Assembly (NCBI GenBank): GCA_002633005.1
Contig: NMRA01000004.1
Span: 749,846 to 813,845, forward strand
Reading direction: 5' to 3'
DNA from: Phoronis australis
Taxonomy: Eukaryota > Animalia > Phoronida
Length of the DNA: 64,000 bases
Part shown: positions 1 through 13,400 of the stretch, one piece after another
How positions within the stretch are numbered: the first letter of the stretch is position 1
Layout: every line of letters starts with the position of its first letter
Notes under the pieces: generated by a model
Seen by the model: the letters and a program-made list of their open reading frames with translations, nothing else
What the model was told of the DNA's origin: nothing
The model's database searches: none
Translations under genes and position numbers: made by a program

Positions 1-682
1 GAACACACTTTGCAGATGGCCAATTTCTTCATTGGTTTACATTGATGGAGTAGAATGTGTCCTAAACGAGGGCATGAATCATCTAGTATCTTGGTTTGAT
101 AAAAATAAAGCGACCTTGTCCAGCCTTGTGCGGGTCTACACGACTATGTTATCACGCGACATTAGTTTGGTCAGCTCCCGGTTCTCACAGGCTGATGATT
201 GACACATGTCTACATGAATTTTCCCCACTTGCATACTTTGGTGGTGCTGCAAAAATGATTGTTAGACATTGTTGTCTAGGATACAATGTTTCGTTTTAGC
301 ACGCGTGTTAAAAAAAAACCCAGAAGTATTGTAGTTTGGACGCAACACCTCTTTTTGAAGCATAACGGTGAATTCGTGCACTTAATAATGACTTTCAGTC
401 CAATTTTCTTGTGTCAGACATACGTAAGTATCCAAACTCTCTTCAGTTTACCCACTCACTACCTTCGCTCGCTTTTGGCACCATCTCGTACCTCTGTGTT
501 GCGCTTTATATAGCCCATCTTACCTCAGATTATTATTAGTTTTCACATGTTATATTTTACCTTCATGCCTATTTTTGGACGTGTATTCTGTCACAATAAA
601 TGACATTATTCCGCCAACCTCGGTCTCCCTTTCATTTCTTGTAACGAACTTGTGACACAAGTTTTTCATCCTTGGTGCATAT

Positions 683-903
683 CATGCCCCCCATTTGGCG
701 AGGTGGACAAAAAGGTCCGCCTCAGAGATACAAAAAGTCAAAGAAAACGAAACAAAAAGTCCACTAAAAAGGCGCAAACGCACAATTCACAGCTCTGGAC
801 GTGGCACCCCGTTTTTTTAGTCCTTCGGCTTTTTTGTCGGTAAAAGTTCCACATCAATGGAAATTCGAGCCCCCCCATATTAAAGGCTAGGTGCGCGCAT
901 GCA
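683..903. mobile_element. MITE (copies at 34452-34664 and partial at about 26100-26245)
   Basis: reverse-complement match to 34452-34664, whose ends are CATGCGCGCACC / GGTGCTCGCATG. Confidence 0.7.
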
Positions 904-941
904 TATTATTTGAAATCTGTAATCATAATCTGCCTGCGACT

Positions 942-1632
942 TGCCATGTCGGACAGCTTACGAGAATGACACGACACGAAAGAATTGAGCACGTTTTAAA
1001 TTAAATTAGCGTACTTCTAAGTTGTGAAAAATAAGCTGGGCGGCGAAAATAATGGAAGTAACAACGACTTCGTAAACCAGTAACGTTTTACGCTATTTTT
1101 GATGACAATATCAAGGACGATAACACGTCTTATAAGCTTAACACTGATTGGTTCTTTTAAGAACATCGACACGCGATCGACCATTGGCTGACCGCGTCAT
1201 TGACGCATCAGCGTGTCAAAAATGACTCGTCACAGCCGCTTTCCATAAACTGGGCAGTACTAGACATGCTTAGGACGCGCCTAACTNTGCCATGTCGGAC
1301 AGCTTACGAGAATGACACAACACGAAAGAATTGAGCACGTTTTAAATTAAATTAGCGTACTTCTAAGTTGTGAAAAATAAGCTGGGCAGCGAAAATAATG
1401 GAAGTAACAACGACTTCGTAAACCAGTAACGTTTTACGCTATTTTTGATGACAATATCAAGGACGATAACACGTCTTATAAGCTTAACACTGATTGGTTC
1501 TTTTAAGAACATCGACACGCGATCGACCATTGGCTGACCGCGTCATTGACGCATCAGCGTGTCAAAAATGACTCGTCACAGCCGCTTTCCATAAACTGGG
1601 CAGTACTAGACATGCTTAGGACGCGCCTAACT
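942..1632. repeat. 345-bp direct duplication split by a single N (probable assembly overlap)
   Basis: 942-1286 equals 1288-1632 apart from two substitutions seen; N at 1287. Confidence 0.9.
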
Positions 1633-2279
1633 GTGTTCAGATGACTCGTTACGAGGTGACCTCATGCAAATATGACGTGACGTATACTGTGACGTCTATA
1701 AAGCATGACGTTAATATGTCCACAATGTGATAACATCTCGAAAAACGTTGTATTTCCTGCTCCTCCGGCTATTCGGTTTTGGGAACTTGTGGTTTACTAA
1801 CAGGTAGGCCTACTAGTACTTTACTACACTAACTACTAACGGTCAACGCCACCTAAAGCTCCTATGTAATGTGGAAGCAAATAGGTTTCAACCAACCGGT
1901 ACAGCGTCCTGCTACCATAATGTCGGCAAATTTCCACTCCTGTGCGGTGTGGTGTACCAGTGGCTTACAGAAAAATGCAAACCTCTTGAAATATCCATAC
2001 ATGAAGGATATCATGTTCCATATACATTTCCCACTGCAAAGAATTAAGTTTCTGCATCCTGCAAAATCAGGGCTGCGACTGATATAGTTGGAGAAATTCG
2101 ATCCCACTCATTGTCAAAAAGCTAAAATAAATTAATAAGGGAAGAACTGGAGGGACTTACTGCGGGATTTATTCTTCAGTGCTTCTTTTTGATTAATGAA
2201 CCACTATTTGGTAGTTGAATTTCTGTCCAACAAATCTGGGTTGAGATCAAGCGCTAGTTGCTTTTGCGCTCTCATTACT

Positions 2280-3730
2280 GCACAGAGCGCCAATATGGAA
2301 ATTCCACTACAGCAAATCGCTACCCAGTTTCACTTGAATCAGCACATCAAACTCTACAAACAAGATCAAGGAAGTGTCGAAATGCGCACACGACAGCAAA
2401 ACGAAACTCTTTAGGGGTGTTCAATAGTATCATGAAACTGGCTACAAGGTGGCGCAGAATACGTCGAACCCATCCGACAATGGGAAGGCGTCATCGCCCT
2501 CCATTAAAGGACCATTTGCCTAATTTCATGAAAGTCCGCCAACAAATTCCGAAGATGTAGAGACAAACGTCAACAAAAAAGATTGCCACCAGGAGGTACA
2601 AAAGCAGTTGGATCCGCCCGCCCGAAAGAAGTCGTCATCTTTTATTGCGCTCATATGACTACACATGCCCATATTTCACAACGAAGATCCAGCAACAGAC
2701 TTAGGGTGCAGAAACATTCCACCAGGCAGCGCCACAGTACTCGGACCCGTTCAAAAAACAACCTAGTCATGGCCTTCTCAGCAGCCCACATATGCCACTT
2801 TTCAACATTAACATTAGAGTGGTTTGGCAGAGAAAGAGACAGACGCCAAAACAAGACTAGTAAATACTAAAAATCGCCACTAGGTAGCTAGGAATCCGTA
2901 CCAAAATAGGAAACGGGCAGTCGTCTCCTTAATGGAAACCTAATTGCCAAATTTCATGAAAATTTGCAAAGGAACTCTGAAGATACAGAGATAAATGTAA
3001 AAAAAATTAAAATGCTACAAGTGGTAGTCAGAACCGTCAAAAAGTCGCGATACGTTACCAGATGCAAAGATCTTGCATTATAAGGGGTTAATGAAATACA
3101 CCGACAAACGCAAAAAGAATGAAGTTGCCTCTACGGGATGCCAAAGTCGTCGGACCCGTCCGAAGATCCCAATTTCAGTCGTAGGCTCCGTTTCATGAAA
3201 TTATTGTAGTCTTTACTTAGACCGAAATAACAATGCTGTCATTTCATTACGTCACGTTGCGCTTGTTGAAGAACGCGGTTGACGCCATGCCTACAATCAA
3301 GGTGGAGACTTAAACTATCATGAACCGGAACCGCGGTCTTCTCAGAAGAAATAGCAGCCATTTTCATTCGATCATTCGAGCGGTTTGGCAGAAACAGATG
3401 AAGACGCCGAAAAAAGGCTCGTAAATATTAAGAAATGGTCACTAGGCGCCACAGAATGCATATAATCCGCCCGAAAATGGAAAGGCGTTGTCATCTTATT
3501 AGAAACCCATTTGCCGAATTTTAGGAAAATCTGTCAAGAGTCTTCCGGTGAAGATAGAGGGACGGACGTGCTAAAATTGCCACTAAAGGGCACAGTACTA
3601 TACGTTAGTCGGATTCGTCCGAAATTCGTCATAGTCTCCATAGNGGCGTATAAATATGACAAAAATGGTTGTAGGGAGACACAGCCTCGCTCCATGCCAT
3701 TTGAGACTTGGTCGTGAGGGAAATTAACTC
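2280..3730 (+). repeat. degenerate satellite-like tandem array of the same HINE-like family
   Basis: recurring AATTTCATGAAA, CACTAGGnnGC, GAGnGGTTTGGCAG units. Confidence 0.65.
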
Positions 3731-6334
3731 GGCAGGATTCTGTGTTGTATTGATGCAACAATTTAGGCCTATAGGCTACATCATCAAAAGCAGAATAATT
3801 TCTATGGCGCTTTCTATAAAACATAATTTGCAGTAAGTACGCGAACACCAAACAACCAAAAGTTTCTTCTGCTTCTGAACCAGGAATGTTAGCAACCACA
3901 ACGCCTGTGATTTTCATCAAATACCGGTAGTTAAAAATTGCCTTTGGATCTGATTTAGTTTCTGAAAAATACGCAAATTTATCACATCAAAGAAGTAAGG
4001 ACAAGAAACTTCAAAGATGGTTTTTAACTATTCAGAACATCAAGTGTCTGAAGGTTCTTGAGTCGCTCTCGCCAATGAACGTCTGCGACCAACCACTCGC
4101 AGAACGGATGTCTCCTCACCATATCTCAAACGGCTAAACCGATCGACGCCATCTTGACGCTCGGGGACAAGGCTTTAAGGAGACAACACAAGGATTATTG
4201 GGTCCTCCACCGGAAAATATGTTCAATGAACATTTTATTTACCAATTTTCAATTGCTTAAAATTCATACGCTAGTTATTACACAACAACATCGATGATCA
4301 CGTGTCGCATTACCATTGTTAAACAATAAGCAGCACGGAAGTATTATCCATGGCGTTCGAATCATAAAATCATGAAAATTCCATGTAGGCGTACTAATAT
4401 ACTGCCTCTGGCAGGTAAGCTTCTCAAACTTTCAGTCTTTTTTAATCCATCAATAGAGCCTACTCCCCGGTTTGCGACAACTGACTGGGCATTTCTGCGT
4501 CAGATGTTACGGCAACCGAAAATCTTGAGGAGCCAGAGTTGCTGTTTCTACAGCCTATGAGACGTCTGATCAACTCCCATGTCGTGTTACGCCTGTTGAG
4601 CATGCTGAAGCGACGTGCTTGTTTACGTACCGAGGACATGAGACACTTCCGCTTTTGTGCGTTAAACGTACCACGTCTTACAATTCTGTTCAGAAATCCA
4701 AGCACATGACACAGTTTGTTTGGGATCTCGACTTGAAATGTTAAAGTTGAATAAATCCAAATAGTAGACGCGTGACTTTCGTCTGGATAAGACTAGGATC
4801 TGTCCACAGAGCCCCGTTGAGCTTTCACGAACTGGGATGATGGATGCAAAGCATGATGTAGATCTCTATATGAAGAGTCCTTTATGGTAAATTGTTAAAT
4901 CGTCGTTCTTGTTTGATGATCCAGGATCGTTTTGTTCTTGACCTTTAACTTGACACTGTGCACCACGCAACAGACTTATACACCGACTTGGTGGTGAACC
5001 TGAAATCCTATTCTTTGGATAACAAGCGTTAAAGATCGCAAGGGTTTTTCCGTTGCTTTCCGTGCTTTACCTATAAGCCATCGGCGGAGAATGTTCTTAG
5101 CAAGCTGGCAACAAACTGGACCGGGTTCAAAGTCCGCTAGACTTCCATACATATACCTGTCTCTTGGATAACTACGAAAAAGAACATTTCGATCGTTTCT
5201 CCGTGAGGGAACTATAGTCCGTGATCTAAACATATATTCCGTAGGTTCAATTTAAAGAATTTTATCGTAGTCTTCCACCGTTGTACTCTTTAATTATTTA
5301 GAGTAGCTGATAACATGAACATGTTTAGTATGTTCCTAAATTCCTCAAAATTTACCCATTAAAGCATCCTTGAAAGGCATTAACTAATGGGTTCTCTGCT
5401 TGTGCCCAGCGATTATTTGTTTTAGTTTTTGTGTGTGTTTTTACTCCTTTATACTTCGTCCTATGTCGCGCCTCAGTTGAATATTTTCGTTTCACCACCT
5501 TACAGTGACCACATTTTAGAGCTTTTCACGCACTTAATATCAAAGTAGACATATGGCGAACATAAAAATCTAAGAAAGCAGATTGTTACACGGTTAAAAG
5601 GACACAATTGATTTCACGCTCAAAAATGCATTTTGGTGATTATTAGCGGCAGAGTGACAGACTGAATATATTAGCTTTGACTAGAGCTATAAAGAGGCAA
5701 AATATGTAATTTTTGTGTGCTCGCAACATTTTTGTTGCCGCATATAGTCAGCATCTAGTCGTCCGTCCACGACTGTCGTTACCTTTGATTGATCGTCGAT
5801 TTTTTCGAAAACCTATTAGCGGAACATAATGAAATTTACCCATTAATACACACATTCAGCCAGGAGGATCAATAAAACAAAGAGTAACGTAAATCATAGG
5901 TAAAGGGATACCCGTCGAAAGGGATGCCCATCTAAAAGGATGCCCATTTTTCATCCAACTGTTGAAAGGAAATGAACTTTTTGATACCACAATAATCAAA
6001 TACCGTACTTCTGAACTTCGAAAAACATGGTTTGGAGTTACTAAGTTTTTGTTTGTAGTTAACAGGTTTGCCAAAGACACAATACAGATTCACAATTTTA
6101 GGGAAACTGAATTTGCCAATGACTACGCCATTGTAACTAACGTTTAGAGAAACATTGCATAACCCATGAATCTACTTCTGACCAAACAGAGGATACAAAA
6201 TTACAAGATCAGAAAGATGTACAAAAGATATACCAAATCCTCGGACTTCAAGCAAAAATACTATATAAATCAGAATAAGATATGCCAACGTTAAACAGAA
6301 GCCTTCTGGCGTCTAATATTCTATAAGTTATCTA

Positions 6335-6917
6335 ATACCAATCAAGAGTGTCCATTTTGCGGAGTCCTCGTTCACATTCAGCTGTACTGCGAGGAAGAGT
6401 CTTAATGCAGAGGTCCCGTTGTCGCAGAGCACTTGGTAGGTTGTCTACTCTAACCGTCTCATCCATTTCTACGAACTCACCCTTTCCTCTGATTGCCGTT
6501 ATGGCAATCAGCCCAAATACGCCTGACTTCGTGCTCGCCATGTTTTATCCCGGATCCCCTCGGTTACGTTTTGGGGTCCAAGATGCCCAGAATAGAGCAA
6601 AATGACTGCTCATCATTGTCAAGTCACTCCATAACAGCTTTTTGAATAAATTCTCCAGGACGTACGGTCGCGTGCGCCGGAATATTCGGCAACAATGCTG
6701 TAGTCGGCGTAGCAGTGCATCGATACCGTAAGCCATTGTATCAAGACTACGCTCCACTATACCATCAGTTACTGTGCGTAGGCGCTAGGTTAAGATGTAA
6801 AAAGAGGTTTGGCTGCGCCTACTCCTCACTGTACACTTACGGCGCGTAAGCGCTACGTTTAAATGCCAAAAGGTGGTTGGCTGCGCCTACGTGCGCCTAC
6901 GCACCACAACAGCACTG
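6335..6917 (-). mobile_element. internally deleted hAT transposon: terminus plus transposase C-terminal relic
   Basis: TLPRSTAECERGLRKM matches the hAT dimerisation motif; IKHGEHEVRR upstream; terminus CAGTGCTGTTGTGG at 6917 shared with the MITE at 16117. Confidence 0.7.
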
Positions 6918-7442
6918 ATCACACATGATCAGTGGCGAGGTGAGGGTCATAGAAGGGCAGCTGCTCTCCTGTGCGCCAGCAGAAGGGGGTGACCGAGAGG
7001 ATCCCAGATGTGCCCCTGGGGGACCAAACAAGTGGAAACCGGAAGTGGAGGCGCCAAACAGATATCGAAAGGGGGGAGANCTACCGACCGGGGGTTCACG
7101 AAGGAGCCTTTGTGGACAGAGCGGGGCGCTGAGATGTCAACCGGCGATTGCGCACTGTTTGTCCCATTGTCCCATACGTCACTCCGCTTCCGAATTGCCC
7201 AGCCTCGGTTAGCGCTAGTACTAATAATAAATAACAACAACAGTAGTAATAATAATTACAAGATGTAGTACTGTGCCCATAAAGGTGGTATACACTGTAT
7301 AAATGACACAGTGAATGTAGAGGAAATTTTTGGACTTTCAGTATTTTAAAAAAGTAATACCAGATAAAGACAAACTTTTAGACACTGCTTCACCGATAGC
7401 TACACTGAAGAATTCAGTCAAACAATCGTCTGCTCTTCAATG

Positions 7443-7489
7443 TCATGAGAATAAGAGGAATGTGTTGTTATCGAATGTAACTAGTCCTT
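7443..7489 (-). CDS. tentative terminal exon of the lectin/CCP gene
   Basis: tttag acceptor 79 nt downstream of the donor gives KGLVTFDNNTFLLFS*; no independent support. Confidence 0.3.
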
Positions 7490-10400
7490 CTAAATTGATG
7501 CAAAATGCATCGTCTATGGTTGCATGTTTCTGTTTCTTAAAAGGTCGGAGGATTAAAACCTGACTTACTTTTGCAAATAAACTGTAATCTGATGGAGCAG
7601 GATATGTCCACAAGACCTTTATCGTCCCTCACTCTTAGTGCGCAGCAATTTTCATGTTCATCGCCGTTAGGCTCACCCTGACGAAACTCTAAAGCAAACA
7701 AACACAAAATTGTGACAGCGAAGATGTAGAATTGAATTATCCACACATGACAGCTTAAGCCGGACACCACCGACTGCTGGCGCCTCCCCCGCCGTAACTG
7801 TGCCTAAATGGATACACAATAACAAAGACCTAGAGACAAATTTTTGCAAACAGGGGCTACGCTATGCACCAGGTTTGAGTCCCGCAGCCGCAACAACCTC
7901 ACGAACGCAGCTAGTGTGATCACGAGCTTCGCTTGTAATGCATCACTGTCAGAATATAGTCTGAAAGTATTTTTAGTTGTATTGTTTTGTTTTGTTTTGT
8001 TATTCTGTTTGATTGGCATGACCCCTGAGTTAAGCACAGTGATGATGTAATTTGTTTACTGCAGAATAGTATGGAACTTTCTAGAGGACTGAGGTCAGTA
8101 CAATGATGATGTCATTTGTTTACTACAGTATAGTGAGGAACTTTCTAGGAGACTCTAGCATGACAGTGGTTAATGCAGTCTGGAATATTCTAGAGACTAG
8201 TATATGTTTGTAGAATGATTGGGTAGATTCAGGAAAGTTCTAGAATGTGCTTGAATTGATGAAAAGTTCCAGAACAATGCATTAGGCTATAAATACACAA
8301 GCACGGGTTTGTGTTAGTCAGAATCACAGTTGAGTTGCAGTGAAGAGAATCAGCAGTTACAGCTATAGTCAATAGAGAGCCAGCTATAGAGACAGCAGGT
8401 TATTGAATCGACGAGTGTAACAGTTGCTGAACGTGTCTCAGAAGTTCATCACAAGTCAAGGCTTCGCAGCACTGGCTGGAGCATAAATATACATTACGTC
8501 GGACGTTTTGTTTGAGTAGGCTTGTGAACGTACGGTCGGGATTAATAAAGGATTAACTCGAACCAGTCTTCAGTCAATCGTCGCACCGAAAGCTATTAGC
8601 ACCGGTCTGTAACAACCTGCGCCCACCCACACACGGGGAAATACGTGACAATCACGTATTGAGATATCTCGCGAAGACTTGCGTGATCTTGAGTTTTCGC
8701 GAGTTATGTTGTCTACGGAACGGGCACCAGGTCCCTGATTTTACCATACTTTTCGTAAGGCGTTCTTTTTGCCAAGTTTGGCGAGACCATTGACGTTCAC
8801 GTTAGCGAAATGTTTTCCGTGCATGCTGGCCACCTTATTTGGGAATACTAGTAAAATAGTTTGCTGGTTCCGTGGCAGAAGTAGTGTATACTGCGATCTA
8901 TCGCGGGTACCAGGTTAGCAAAACAAATTGCCGCTGAAGTGACTCAAATTTAAATTATATTGCCTCAAGTGTCTCGCGAAGATCTAACAGGATAGATGGC
9001 GCTGGTCCACAATCGACAAAAGTACTAAAAACCGACCATTGCTATTCGGCAGAAACCACAACAAATACGTGTTAAAGTTTTGCTGACAAACTGGAATTCC
9101 TAGTACTCAGATATTTGCCGACATGTGAACGTAAGAAAGGCCTTTGAGTAATATAACGTCATGAATTTCTTACTAGAGTAAGTTAGACTTGAGTTGTCAG
9201 GGCGCTGGAAATATCCTTCTCTGTATTGGTCGTGAGCTCCCACGTGTGTCATATGCATGCCCTGGAAAAAAAGAACTGTTGCTATCTAACAACTAATTAT
9301 ATATTAGTACAAATTTTGAGATAATCCGACACAAATCCGGTAATTTCTTAACCGCAAATTTCTACGAAAACACTCGATGTCAGTCACAATTGCAATGTAG
9401 TCTCATAAAAAATTGAAAACTGATTACTGGTCTAATCGGGGATTGAACGAGAACTATAGACTGGTCATGGGGATTCTCTGCTCCACTGTGGAGATCAAGC
9501 GAACTCTGACGTGCTGAAAACAGGTGTAATGGCTACAGAGGCCTAGATGTCTGCCACGGTAAGTCGCAGATCAGTTTAATTTATGAACATATTCAATTTT
9601 GTTCTAGTTATATTTTTTATTACAAAAATTGTATACAGTTAAAATGTCCCAAGCGTTTTTCATAGAACACCGTAACAAGAGCAACGAGGAAGATTGAAAT
9701 GCACCCAAGACTGGACTGCAAGCGGCATGTTTCTGGGGCTGTTTATTGTTATCATAAAAATGGCGCAGAATACGTCCAATCCATCCAAAAATTGACAGGT
9801 GTCGTCGCTTCCCGAATAGAAAACTATTTAACAGATTTCATGAAAATCAATCGAGGAACCCTAAAAATACAGAGCCAAACGTGAAAACAAAAGTAGCCAT
9901 AGGGAGGCGAAGCGGTAATTGGATAAGGTCAACTGTTGTCAAGTTAACAGTTATACACTCTCAAAATTTCTAAAAGATAATACAAGGGTTTGAGAGACAC
10001 TGCCGCAGATGCAAAACAAATGTCACTAGGGGCACCACTCTGTGTGGACCATCTGAAACTCCACGTCAGCTCTGCTTTTGTCAGTAGAAACACAAATACC
10101 AACTTCTATGATTATCCCTTGAGCGCTTAGGCGGATGCAGAGGAAGATGACAAAAAAATCCAAAATAATAAAAACGACCACTATGTTACCCAAAATCCAT
10201 CTCAAACTGGTACTATCGTCTTCTCAACGTAAAAACTGAAATTGTCACTATGGGACAGAACGATATTCAGAACATCCAAAAGTGAGCAGCTGATGTCACA
10301 TATAAAAGAAAACACCTGCAAAATTTCACGAAGATCCTGCAAAGAATTAAAGCCCACAACCATGGACGCAAGAAAAGACAAAATCACTCTTAGAGGGCAC

Positions 10401-13400
10401 CACAACAGTCAGAGCCAACCAAAAATCAAACCAGCCATGAACTTCTCATCAGGAACACGTCTGCGAAGTTTCATAATGATCTTTTCAGCGGTTTGGCGAA
10501 CAAAGAGGCGGATGCCAAGAACGAACTCAAAACAAAAATAGCCATTAAGTAGCGCAGAATATCTCGAATCAGTTCGAAAGAAGCTACTTTAATGATACAA
10601 CAGTAGCTTCTATTAAAATAGAAAGCTATATGCCAAATTGCACGAAAATGCATAAACGAACTACGAAGTTACAGACGTGGAGTACAGCGGTTGTCGGATT
10701 GGTCTGAAACTCGTCATGATCCTTCCTAAGCTCCATGCGAACACATCTGCCAAATTTTAAAAGAAATGCTTAAGAAGATACAACCGCAGACGCAGAAACC
10801 AAAATCGCTACAAAGGGAACCAGAATAGTTGAACCCGTCTGAAAGTCAATGTCTGCCGTCGGAGTCAGTTCTCATTAGGATCACAGCTGCCAAGTTTCAT
10901 GATGATCCTTAGAGTGGTTTGGCGGGTAGAGAAGTGGATGCCAAAACGGATTCGAAAATTAAAAAAAAATGTTATTGGGTGGGGTGGCGCAGAAAACGTC
11001 AAATCCGAAAATGGGAAGGCGTCGTCGACGCTTTCCTTAAAGAAGTCCGCAAGGCGAAAAACATACTAAATTGGAATATTCAGAGTGGTTCTCTGCCACT
11101 GAAACAGAGATCAGGCTGTTCGTCAGGCATTATTTTTGCTTGTTCGTAAAGATTTTGAATTTCTGCTGATGTCAAAGCATTTTTCAAATTTCAAAGAAAA
11201 ACGATCTGTCAAATGCTCGTGACTCCCACAAGTCAAAGCACGACTCCTAAATTGGTAAGGCAAGACAAAGACCTAACGCATTTCCCTTATATGTAAAATG
11301 TGAAATTTGAGAAGAGGTAATGTACGTAAGTCCCAACTGTTTAGGTATCTCAGTACTCAAATATAATGTAAAATGCACTTGAAGTTATTTTTGGAGAATT
11401 GCTTGCTTCACTGGCTTGCCTCACACTGTGCTGTCGACCTCAAGTTCGTAGTGCAATCACACATGACAATCTAAAGTTAATATTAATCTTGTCAGTCAGC
11501 TGTTTGTCAAATGATTGTGAGCGCATGTGTCATCAGTGGTGGCTACAGAGTTTTTCGTTAGCGCGTTCTTTGTGATTTTTTCTAGAAAGGAAAGTGAATT
11601 ACTCTGTAGTAGAAGTTGCGAGATGGTACTGGCGCCAGAAATTGTTTTTGAAATATTTTTTGCGATACTTCGCATTCCATGCCTCTTTAATATAAACTGT
11701 TTTTGCCAAATTTCATGAAAATACATCAAGAAACTCCAAAGATACCGTAGCAAACGTAAAAAAATAATAGCAACTAGGGGGCAAAACAATAGTCGGATCT
11801 GTCCGAAACTCTTTATCATCTGTCGTCAGGTACACATCTGCTAAATCTCATTGACATCCTGCAAGGAGTTTAGGGAATACAGCAGTGGACGCCCGACAAC
11901 AGACACCGGGTGCGTCCAAACATTTATGTGTGGGCCCATTAAAACATAAGATAATCCGATGACTAAGTACGACAACACAAAAGCTCTTCGACACAATTTG
12001 GTAGATATTTTACCAGTTCGGTGGTTTTGGTTGACATCCAAATGAGTTCATCCTCGTTCTCTACAGTGGCCAAATTCATGTCGTTAGCTGCGCAGTGTTC
12101 TTGCGCTTCAGACCAGCCAAGAACTGGTGATCTCACGAACGCATAATGGTTGAGTCCGTTCTGGTAACGTACAAGTGACGCTGAAATACGAAAAAAGAAC
12201 TTAATATTATTAAGTTTAATTGACTAGCCCAATGTGTTATCTCGGTAACCACATTCATCAAGTTTTACTTTAGCAATAAGCACAGTTTGTCCAGTAAAAA
12301 AATAACGTATAAATGAAGTCTTGTGGTCATCTGAAGCAAGTTGGTCACTGCTAAAGTTTTTCTCTCGAACATTTCTACGTTGTAATGGCAGCACTGGAAT
12401 TGATATTTAATCCGCAATTTTGCAATATGACGAAAAGAGCTCACTAAAGAGGATCACATAATTCCACCATAGACACGCTTAGAAGTATAAGTTACTCTAG
12501 CGCACTGAGTTAAGATAAATCTTTAAAGTCCTCCGTGCACTTATTGAATCAGTCTTGAATGATTCCAGATATGAAGGAATACCTAGCAAATTCCTATTAA
12601 CTACCCAGACGTTGACACGTAGGGAGGTTGGTGGGGACGTGCAGTCAATTAATTGAGTGGCAACTTTCGTCATCTCGTTATACTAGTACCTGGCCCTTTT
12701 AGGGAGCGTCGTGGCATAGTATTTTGGATTTGTTTTGTGACATTGTCTTGAGTAAGTAGGTAACTGGGATACTTCCAGGCATCGTCTTTGGTGGGCAAGC
12801 AAAAGTGGTAGTGGGATTCGGCGGCAAAATGATGGTGATTTAGAACATGATAGAGTCTTGGGGATGATAAGTCAATCGGTATTACTTTGGGTGTGAAAGT
12901 TTTTCTTTTCCAGTTGTCCATTTTCCCGGTTGCCCAAATACTGGGTACGTACCAATTGCGTTGGTATGCATTTGGAATGTGCAACGGCAACCCCGTACCT
13001 CTTACAGGGAAGAGAAGCTCATTTTGGAATCCCAAATTCGTGGATTTCCAACGCGTAAAATTTAGACTCGCTCCCAGCGTGATTTTGTGTCAGTGAACAA
13101 TCACATTTAATTTCATGAAGGGTCAACACCAATGATGTGATCCAAGACATTGGTAATGAAAACTCGACTCTTACATTGCCCCTGGTTTTCTCTAATCCCC
13201 GGGATGAAAAAATTAAAACACATCACCCGCTTGTCATTGCACAATATCAACACCCTGTAATAAATTTCGTACTACATTATAGTTACTATAAAACTGATTT
13301 AAGTTTAATTATCAGATTTCAAAAACCTGATGGAATTTTGCCATGTGATGTTCTACTACGTCATAGGAAGAATCCAGCAATGTTTCGGCTGGTAGTGGTT

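Noticed and set aside
942-1632. 345-bp tandem duplication as a real biological repeat
   Set aside because: The near-identical copies abut a single N, as expected for overlapping contig ends or two haplotypes joined by a scaffolder.
4460-5233. Coding-like sequence with short ORFs
   Set aside because: No identifiable motif or splice structure; possibly a decayed retroelement.
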